In this document: positions 54,254-64,000 of the stretch, in pieces
How the letters are laid out: every line of letters starts with the position of its first letter
Numbering within the stretch: the stretch's first letter is position 1
Assembly: GCF_009914755.1 (NCBI RefSeq)
Contig: NC_060925.1
Length of the DNA: 64,000 bases
Reading direction: 5' to 3' (one strand)
DNA from: the human T2T-CHM13v2.0 reference genome, Homo sapiens
The notes under the pieces: generated by a model
What the model saw: only the letters and a program-made list of their open reading frames with translations
The model's database searches: none
What the model was told of the DNA's origin: nothing
Made by a program: the position numbers and the translations under genes

Positions 54254-56992
54254 AAACACTTTGGATACCAGTTATTTGCCAGACAAACACTTTGTGAATG
54301 TTTTTTCCAAGTCTATGGCTTGTCTTTCATTTCCTTAACAAGGTCTTTATTTCAAGAACAAAAGTTTTTAATTCTAGTGAAGTAAAATTTATGTATTTTT
54401 CATGTTATGTTCTATGATCTATATGTCTTAAGAAATACGTATCTACCCCAAGGTTATGAATATTTGATTATATATTTTCTTCTAGGAGCTTTATCATTTC
54501 AGCCTTTATGTTTGTGTATACTATCCATTTCAAGTAATTTAAGTGTATGATATGCGATGAGGGTCTAGTACTTTTCTTTTTCATATAAATATCCAGCAAT
54601 TCCACCACTATTTGGTAAAAAGAGTCTTTTCTCCCATTGAAATGTTTTAGCAACTCTGTTGAAAATCAGTTGAGCATATATGTGTGGGTCTATTTCAGGA
54701 ATCTCTGTTCTGTTTCATTTAATGATATGCTTACATCAATTCTATTATGCGTTGTTACTGTAGTTTTATGAAAAGTCTTGAAATAAGGTATCGTAAGTCC
54801 TCCAATTTTGTTAATCTTTTCCAAAATTATTTTGGCTGTTTTAGGTCTTTTGCATTTTTCATCTAAATTTTAGAATAGGATTGTAAATTTTGGCGGGGGG
54901 AGCCCCTGTTGTAATTTTGATTGAGATCTCCTTGAATCATGAGTTAATCTGGGGAAAATGGACATCATAAAAATATTGAGTTTTCTAATTCAGCATTATG
55001 GTAAAGCTTCCCATTTATTCAAATCTTAAAATTTCAGCAATATTTTGTGATTTTCATTATATAGGTCTAGTGCTTTTGTATTAAATTTATTTCTATGGTA
55101 TTTTAAGAAATTATTATACTGCTTCTTGCCAGTATATGAAAATATAATTGTTTTTTGTATACTGAATTTGTATCCTGCAATCTGGCTAAATTCACCTCTT
55201 AATTCCAGTACATTTCTGGAGATTAAAATTTTCTACATCTGTGAACATGAACAGTTTTACTTCTTTCTTTTCAGCCTTATGCCCTTTACATTCCAAATTT
55301 ATTTTAATAACTAGCAGTTCCAGTACAATGTTGAATAGAAATGATGAAAGTGATCCTGATCTTATGGAAAGGTATCCAGCTTTCTAGGTAAGAGATTAGC
55401 TGTGGCTTTTCATAGATGCCCTTTATTAGCTTGGGTATCTTCCTTTCTCTTCCTAGTTTGCTGAAAGGTTTTGTTATGAATGAGTGTTGAATTTTGTCAA
55501 ATGTTTCTTTTGTATCTATAGCGATAGCTGTATTGTTTTTCTTCTTCATTCAAATTGTATCATAAATTATGTTGATTAATTTTCAAATTATCAACCAATG
55601 TTGTGTTCTGGATATAAACTCTATTGGCCAGAATGTATTGCTCTTTTTGTTTATTGTTAGCATGGCTCTGGCCTCATCTAAATTCTGAAAGATTTCGTGT
55701 GGGAGTGGTACTATCTTCCTCAAATGTTTGATAGAATTTGCTAATGAGGCCATCTGTGTCTGAAGTTTTCTTTGGAAGAAAGTTTATTATTATAAATTTA
55801 ATATCTTTAGTACATATTGAACTATTCAAGTTTTCCATTTCTTCTTCTATCAACTTTTTAAAGTTTTGCATTGCAAGACATTTTCCTATGCATCTAAGTT
55901 CTTGAATTTATTGGCATAAAGGTATTCATAATGTTACTTTATTAACACTAACATTTATAGTATCTATGGTGATGTCTCCTCTTTCCTTATTAATATTGGA
56001 ATTTATGTCTTTTCCTCTTTTTTCTTGGTTAGCATAATTATATGTTTATTAAAGTTTTATTGACCTTTTCCAAGAACCAATTTTTGGTTTTATTGATTTT
56101 CTTTATTGTTTGCCTGGTTTCTGTTTCACTGATTTCTGCTCTTCTCTTTATTATTATTTTTTCTTTCAGTTAGAGTTTAATTTGCTGTTTTTAATAGCTT
56201 CTCAAGGTGAGGAGTTAATAATAAAGTTAACTGACTTTAGACCCTATTTTTCTAATATAAGTATTTAAAGATATATATTTCCCTTTAAGCACTGTTTTAG
56301 CTGCATCCCACAAAGCTGATATGTTGTGTTTTCATTGTAATGCACTTTAGTTTATTTTCTAAAGTCACTTGTTATTTTTTCTTTGACATGTTTTAGTTGG
56401 TATTTTCTAGATATTGAAAAAAAAATTGATTTTTAATCTAATTATCTTTGTGATAGAGAACAGAGAACCTTGTTTTATGGCTCTGCATAAGTTCTATTTT
56501 GGTGAAAGTTCCATGAGCACTTGAAAAGAAAGTGTATTCTGCTGTTGTTGAGTGTTGAGTTTTATAAAATATTATTTCAAATTGGTTGATCATACTGATC
56601 AAAGCTTCTATATTCTACTGATTTTTTTATCTATTTATCTTTTCAATTACTGAGAGAAGAAATGTTATAATTTCACAATTTAACGGTAATCTTGTTATTT
56701 TTCCTTTCAGTTCTTATTCAGTTTTTGCTTCATGTATTTTGAAGCTTCAAAATTGTGATACCATCTTTATGTTTTTATAATTTAAAATTGTGATATCTTT
56801 ATGTTTTTATAATTATGAAAAATTAGTATTTATCCCTGGTAAAATTTCTTGTCCCAAAGCCTACTTTGTCTAAAATTAATATAGTTTCTCTAGATTTTTT
56901 ATGATTGGCATATTCCAACCATTTACTTTTAGCCTATCTGTGTCTTTATGTTGTCTTTATGTTGAAAGTGTGTTTCTTGCAGACAGCATATA

Positions 56993-57223
56993 AAGGTTGA
57001 GTATCCCTAATCTAACAGCCTATAATCCCAAATGTTCCAAAACCTGAAACTTTTTCAGTGCCAACATGACACTCAGAGGAAATGCTTATTGGAGCACTTT
57101 GGATTTTCAGATTGGGGATGTGGTACCCATAAATATAGTGCAAATATTCCAAATTCCAAAAAAAAAATCAGAAATCTGAAACACTTCTGGTCCAGGCATT
57201 TAGAATAAGGGATACTTAGCCTA
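56993..57223. mobile_element. Tigger4a/MER46A-like MITE nested in L1
   Basis: TIRs AGGTTGAGTATCCCT...AGGGATACTTAGCCT flanked by TA dinucleotides. Confidence 0.88.
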
Positions 57224-59664
57224 TAGTTAGGTCTTGCTTTTAATCCATGTTTTGCTTTTAATCATCTCTGCCTTTTCATTTGCATGTTTATATTAGTTAC
57301 ATTTAATGTAGTTACTGACATAGTTGAATTTAAATCTACTGTCATGCTATTTGTTTCCATCTGTTTTTTTATTCTATTTTCTATCCTTTTCATCTTTTAG
57401 ATTAAGTATTTTTCTGTATTCTACTTTGTCTCCACAATTGCCTTATTAGCTATTCTTTTTAGTGTTTATTATTTATATATTTGGTTATTTAGTTATTTAT
57501 TTAGGTAAATGCTCTGGGGTTTACAACTTATCACTGTCTAACTTCAGATAATATTATACCATTTCACATGTAATGTAAGAATATTACAAACATATATTTC
57601 CATTTCCCCCTTCTATCTGTTGTAATATTGTCATTACTTCTACATATGTTGCAAACTCCACAACACAATGTTGTTATTTTTGCTTTAAATGGTTTATTTT
57701 TTTAATAAAAAATTTAAAATGAGGAAAGATGATTTTATTTACTCACATGTTTACCATTTCTGGTGCTCTTCACAACTCTGTACAGATGCAAGTCCTCAGC
57801 AGATACAATTTTCCTTCTATCTGAAAAATTTCATTTAATGCTACTTGTATTCTGTACTTTTGGCAACAAATTCTCTCAGCTTCTATTTTTCTAAAAAAAT
57901 TCCAATATTGTCTTAATTTTGGAAGAAAACTTTCACAGGATACTAGGTTGACAGCTTTTTTTTTTTTAAAGCACGTTAAAGATTTTTCCGTTATTTTCTG
58001 AATTTCTTTTTTTTTTTTTTTTTTGGATTAAAAAAAATCAGTGAACCTTCTTATTTGTATTCCTCTATACTTAATGTACCCTTTTCTTGGGCTTCTTTTA
58101 AGATGTTCATTTTATCATTTGTATTCAGAAATCTAATTGTGATGTATGCTGGCATAGTTTTGTTTTTTATCCTGCTTGATTTTCATTTAATTTCTTTAAT
58201 CTTTGAGTTTATAGTCAAATTTGGAATGTTGTCAGCCATCATTCAAATAATTTTTGTTTTCTTTCTTTCCTTCTGAGATTCAAATTACGTACACGTTAAA
58301 TCACTGGATATTGCCCCATGGTCTCTGTCACTGAGAATTATTTTGTTTTGTATTTTATTTTGGATAATTTTTATTGCAGTCTTCAAATTCCTTTATCTTT
58401 TCTTTTGCAGTTTTTAATCTGCTGTTAAAATTTTCCAGTGACATATATATTTCAGATATTATATATTTCAACTCTAGAAGTTTTACTTGATTCTTTTATT
58501 TATATAGTACATTTGTATCCTCTTAATGTTCAGTTTCCTTTAAGTCTATGAACATATTTATAGTAGCTATTTTAAAGTTCTTGTTTACTAAGTCCATCAT
58601 CTCTGCCATTTGTTGATCTATAACTATTTACTGACTTAATTTTTTCTGATTTTAGGTCATCTGTTCCTGCTTCTTCACATGTCCCGTCATTTTTTTGTGG
58701 GACAGGATGTTGACCACTGTAAATATTTAGTTACTGAATTCTAGATTATGTTGTCTTCCTTTATACAGTGTTGAAGTTCATTTTGGCAGTTTCTTTCAGA
58801 TCACCTTGAACATTTAAAGGCTTGTTTTTGAAGTTTGCTATGACAGGTCTAGAATAGCCTTTACTCTTGGGCTTGTTTAACCCAATCATGGAGTCTTCAT
58901 TGAAATATCCCTCCTCTTGCTGCTCAGAATTCAAGCTCCTTTATACACTCTGGAATTGCTTGGCTTAGAATTCTCTAGTTGTTCTTTAATCAGCTAAGTG
59001 GGCTTCTGCCGTATGCATTCATAGGTTATCATATGCATATGATATGATAGGCATATCATGATATACACATATGATATGATCATATGCATCTTAAGGGTAA
59101 TCATATGCATATTTCTGGAGCTTATTGTCTGTACACCAATTTCTTCTTTGAAATTATGTTCTGCTACTTCTAGATGCCTCAGTTTCACTGAACTCTCATC
59201 ATTTCCTCAGCTCTTCAGTTTGCCATCCCTGCTTGATATACACCTCCCTCTGCTGCAATCCAAAAGTGCCTCTAGGCAGAAAGCAAGAGCAAGGGCAGTT
59301 TTCACCTCGTCTGTTGACTTCTTATCAAGGATCACATTCCTGAGCTGTCTAGTGTTCAGTGTCTTATATTAGCTATTTCTTAAATTTTTTCCCAGTTTTC
59401 TAGTTGTTTGTAGTACAAGGGTAAGTCTGGCAAGAATTACTCTAACACATCTGGAGCAGAAGTTCAGAATGTCTTTCAGGATAAAGAGCTGTTCTTTAAT
59501 TCAAAAATATTCTACTTAGAGTTCTAGTTCTTCCATTCGCCATCTGCGATTGCTATATAGATAAATAACTTCTTCTTACATCAATTTACCCATTTGTAAA
59601 ATTGTGATTATGGATCCTGTCACGTAGGAGAGTTGTAATGACTGTGTGATCTAAAATTTATTCC

Positions 59665-59835
59665 GCCTTGCTTTTTTTCCTTCTTTTCATTTCTTCTTTT
59701 CTGTCCTCCCTTTCTCCCTCCTTTCCTTAGTCCCTCTATCTCTTCCTGCTTCCCTCCCTCCTTCCCTTACTCACTCCCTCCCTTCCTTTATTCTTTCCTT
59801 CCCTCCCTCCCTTCCTCTTTCCCTCCTTCACTCCA
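59665..59835. repeat. CT-rich low-complexity tract
   Basis: Direct reading. Confidence 0.9.
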
Positions 59836-59859
59836 CAAATATTCTACAGAACATGGAGA

Positions 59860-60410
59860 ATCAGTAGCAAAGACCAAGGAAGTCCCTGCCTACCTCGAGT
59901 CTACCTTCTAGTAAGTATAAATAGGGGAATTAATAAATAAAGAAGATATTTCAGATAATAAAAAATTCTATGAAGGAAATAAAACAGTGATGTAATCAGA
60001 GAGTAATGAGAAGACTGGATTTGAATGTGGCCATTAGGATAGTCTTCTCTGGGGGGTTAACAGTTGAGCTAAGACCTAAGTAAGAAGGAATCAAGAATAT
60101 AAAGAGACAGCAGGAAAGCAATTCATGCAGAAGAATCAGCAACTGCAAGCTCTGAGGTGAGAATGAGCACATTTATTATAGAAACTGAAAGGCCAGCGTG
60201 ACTGAAGCGAAATGAAGGATGGCATCAGTGGTACAAGATAAACAGGGAGAGGCAGTCAGGGACCACCAATTCTCAAGAGCTGCAGAGGCCAAACTTAAGG
60301 GTGAAGTGCCATGGAAAGAATCATTACAGAGATTTGTTTGTTTTGTTTTATAAGCAAAGGAGTGATAATAAAATCTGATTTCTGGTTTCTCAAAATCATT
60401 CCATCTCCTC
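59860..60410 (-). mobile_element. L2 LINE relic
   Basis: AGTCCCTGCCTACCTCGAGTCTACCTTCTAG...GTTGAGCTAAGACCT...GGCCAGCGTGACTGAAGC. Confidence 0.75.
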
Positions 60411-61559
60411 TATGAAAACTCCTAACAGTGCTATAATTTCAAAGGCCTGTTTGTACAACGTAAATTGAATTTCACCAATATTTATTGAGTGGATATGATA
60501 TGCCATATGTTGTGCGAAGCAGAAATAGAGAGGATATTCTCTGACTGCCTACATCTCATAATTTTCTTGGGAAGTCAGACATATGCCAAGTAACTGTGGC
60601 TGTTTCTTTACCATTATTGAGCAGAGTATAGAAAAATCCTTAGTGAGCTGAAAACTGATGCTAAGTCTGAAAACTTTCTACCCACAGACAGTTCCCCCAT
60701 CACACTTTACCTCTCCAGTTTTTCCATGGATACTAGGCTGTGTGCCATTCTCCATCAAGAAGAGAGGCCTGAGGCCACCAAAGCCATTTTCTATTTTTCT
60801 TACCTGACAGTCTGCTTTCCCCACCTTGCTTACCAATGACTAATCTTGAGATAGGAGAACGATGCTTTAAGTAAAATAAGAAAAAGTCGTACTTAATTAA
60901 ATGGATTTTGGGCTCAGCTAGATTATTCTCTGGAGGTCATAATGGGATTTCATGGCTCCAAACTGAGTACCCTATTATAAAGACCAAAACTAGAGCTATC
61001 AGGATTCTGAACACTTGGAGGTTCCATCTCTTAAATTTAAAAATATATCCACATTGTGTCAATCATGGGCCAGTTATATTTCTCATACATTTTTAACATG
61101 TTGATCTTGTGTGCCATTCTTAACTATACATAACATAGGCATTTAAATTAAATATAAAGTTATCCTCAGGAGATGGCCAAAGTGAAAAAACAAGAAAAGT
61201 AATTGAAGTAGATTAGGAGAGAATTTGATAAATATTCCTCAAACTAAAACTGATTACTAAGTAGCATGGCCCTGTCAGAGAGGGCTGTTGTCTTGGGAAT
61301 TCTTCATGAGGCTTGAAACTTCTTCAACAATTGATATATACAGATTTCTTTACTCTGCACTCAAATAAATGTAGTTTTCTATCTGGGTAATATGTTACAT
61401 ATGTTCATTGTGTTAAAACATAGACAATTTTGAAAAGTGGAAGACAAAAAAGAAAAAAAAGTCCATATTTTGAAATGTATAAAAATTTGTCGATATTTTG
61501 AAAAGTAGGAAAAGGAAAAAATTACCATATTCCTACTACCACCCACTTTAAATCTTTTG

Positions 61560-61892
61560 TTTCCTTCCTTCCTTCTTTCTTTTTTTCTTTTCTTTTCTAT
61601 TCTTTTCTTTCTTTTTTTTCTTTTTTCCTTTTTTTTTGAGACAGAGTCTCACTCTGTTGCCCAGGCTGGAGTGCAGTGGCACAATCTCGGCTCACTACAA
61701 CCTCTGCCTCCTGGGTTCAAGCAATTCTCCTCCATGCACCCTCCACCATGCCCAGCTAATTTTTTGTATTTTTAGTAGAGACAGGATTTTGCCATGTTGG
61801 CCAGGCTAGTCTTGAACTCCTGACCTCAGGTGATCTACCTGCCTTGGCCTCCCAAAGTGCTGGGATTACAGGCATAAGCCACCGCCCCTGGC
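61560..61892 (-). mobile_element. AluS with about 30-bp internal deletion and CT-rich tail
   Basis: GAGACAGAGTCTCACTCTG...; lacks the GCCTCAGCCTCCCGAGTAGCTGGGATTACAGG segment near 61730. Confidence 0.92.
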
Positions 61893-61948
61893 GTTTTGTA
61901 TTATTTCTTTCCAATCTTTTGTTCTATGCATATTTTATATATTTGAGA

Positions 61949-61952
<4 letters not shown>

Positions 61953-62034
<82 letters not shown>
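61953..62034. repeat. (TC)22(TA)19 compound microsatellite
   Basis: TC 61953-61996, TA 61997-62034. Confidence 0.97.
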
Positions 62035-62037
<3 letters not shown>

Positions 62038-63829
62038 GCCTAATTACTTTTTCAGTTTGCTTTATAACGTGATTCCATAGTATCAGATTATTGTTAAAGC
62101 TGAATAGTTTCCTATCACATAGATACAAACTTTCTCCTATTGCTGGAAGTTAAAAAGATGCTTCATTTAGGCTACTTTCACTTAAACTACTTGAAGAATC
62201 TGGTATTATGGTTGATGAAATAAGATATGATGAAAGAAAGAACAACTTCCAGAAATCCTGTCTCTATTTCATGGAGGTAAGAGGCAAACCTGACAACAGC
62301 TATTATTTAGAGACACCTATTTTATTCCTGGCATTCTACTAAAAGCTTTACCTACTTAATCTCTTAAACCTTACAAAAAAACCTAGAAAGTGGAGTCATT
62401 CCCAATTTACAGATGGAGAAAGTGAGGCTCACAGAAAGTAAACTAAGTAACACAGTTGTGTAAATAGCAGGGAGAAATTTTAAGCACAGGTCAAAATGAT
62501 TCCAAAGCTTCTAAATAGTTCCCAATATGGAATAGTTATCAAGGTAGGACTTTGCATCTGGTTAAAGCAATTGAGAAAAAAAAAAAAAAAAGCAAAACTG
62601 TTGTGGGTAATTTGGTGCTGATTAAATTGGGCAAATTATTTACATTAAAATAATAGATAATTTGGTACCTTGAAGACAGTAAAACTGATTTGGATCTTTA
62701 CCTTTCTGGGGCAGGTTTATGATTCAAATGTCTTCAAGGTACGGTTTTCCTTATTATGTAAAAACATAACATCTGGGAATGTTTAAGTAGACAATAGATC
62801 CAGAAGGGCAAGCAACTAACTTTCAATATATTTTCAATATTCTAGGAGTTTGAAAAACATTAATTCACTAATTCTACACACGGCAAAGCAATGATAATTA
62901 AGCCTATTTTATAGATGAGAAGACAGTCTGCAATGTTAATTTAGTTCATATCTCCTATAACGCAGGATTTTTACCACCTTGAGGTTATTAATCCAACTCC
63001 TACTCAAACAGCACTTAGGATAATTATTTTCGAGGTAGGCTCCTTTTCTTCCAACAAGAATGAAACAAGCTTGAAGCCAGAGAATGGATCTTAAAACTAG
63101 AGAATAAAATCCAAATCATTAAGTTCCAATCAACCTCATTACACTGGTCCCGTATTTTACAGATGAAGAATATGAAAAAAGAGGGCAGGTGACACAGTCA
63201 AAGACACACAGTTTTTTAAGTCTCACAACTAGACATTCATATCTGTGGCTTAAATCTTCACTGCCATTTCCTGTTATATACCACTGATTTGTGATTTCCT
63301 ATGCTACCCACGATGTCTCGATCTGTGCAAACACTCAATATATGTTTGTGAAATTAAATTGGCTAATTTCCCTAGATATTATGTTATCATCTATGCCAAT
63401 ATCATGCCATAACCCAAAATGCTCAATCAGCATTTATATCTTCTAGAACCTGCTGTCTCTCTCTTGCCTGGCATTAATAAGTTGGCAAAGTTTTTTGTTT
63501 TGTTTTTTAGAAAGTAGAAGAATTAAAAACAAAAGGTACTATCTTGGGTGCTTTTAAATTTCTCCTGGGTAAGTAGGTAATGCTTTGAAGCTACAAACAT
63601 TGAATGCCTAATGTCACATTGTCGCTCAATATCAACAGCCACTGCTTTCTGAATGACGGTGATAATTGGGTGCATGTAACTAGAAGACATTGCAATAAAT
63701 AGATTTATTTTCGTTTGAAGCTTGAAAACCACCATCTGCGATGGGGTTTAGAAACAATGTATGGAAACAGAAAGTATACTGGACAACCAAAGAAAATCAT
63801 TTAGCATGAATGGTTGAAAATAGTCCATT

Positions 63830-63997
63830 TTCTTTCCTCCCTCCCTCCCTCCCTCCCTCCCTCCTTCCTTCCTTCCTTCCTCTTCCCTCCCTCCCTTGCT
63901 TGCTCTTTCTTTCTTTCCTTCCTTCCTTCCTTCCTTCCTTCTTACCTTCTTTCTTTCTCTCTCTCTCTCTCTTTTCTTTTTTTTTTTTTTTTTTTTT
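63830..63997. repeat. (CCCT)n/(TTCC)n/CT-rich tract ending in poly-T
   Basis: Direct reading; the poly-T is probably the tail of an antisense retroelement beyond the window. Confidence 0.9.
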
Positions 63998-64000
63998 ACA

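Larger units (their letters stand above)
52430..59460 (-). mobile_element. Long ancient L1M (L1MC/MD/ME-like) with nested insertions
   Basis: 3' end near 52430; ORF2-like remnants IAIDTKETFDKIQHSFI...LIKGIYEKP (55304-55549) and EEEMENLNSSI...DGLISKFYQTF (55674-55871); T-rich antisense L1-like sequence continues to about 59460 (5' limit uncertain). Confidence 0.8.

Noticed and set aside
54468-55871. Reverse-transcriptase-like peptides
   Set aside because: Fragmented remnants of ancient L1 ORF2 with many stops; not an active element or novel RT system
63523-63735. 70-aa minus-strand ORF in unique sequence
   Set aside because: No recognisable homology or clear splice framing; length expected by chance

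Overview
Primate (very likely human) euchromatic DNA that reads as intronic or intergenic. It is dominated by interspersed repeats: about 15 Alu or Alu-fragment copies (J, S and Y lineages), many MIR and L2 relics, several old L1M pieces including one about 7 kb antisense copy with nested insertions, MaLR/ERV solo LTRs (THE1D, MST, MLT1, LTR33, MER21, LTR7/HERV-H, MER9/HERV-K9) and DNA-transposon MITEs (MER2, MER5A, MER91, MER102, Tigger4a). Simple repeats are also frequent. I recognise no protein-coding exon, RNA gene or CpG island. Nearly all listed ORFs come from repeats or are chance ORFs. I found no convincing new biological system. The most notable structure is two intact solo LTRs from different ERV classes (LTR7-family and MER9), each with a perfect TSD, integrated convergently 112 bp apart at 23994-25027. 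Other candidates are cryptic exons or regulatory islands and non-B-DNA elements. Repeat subfamily names are from recalled consensus sequences, and boundaries of old repeats are approximate.
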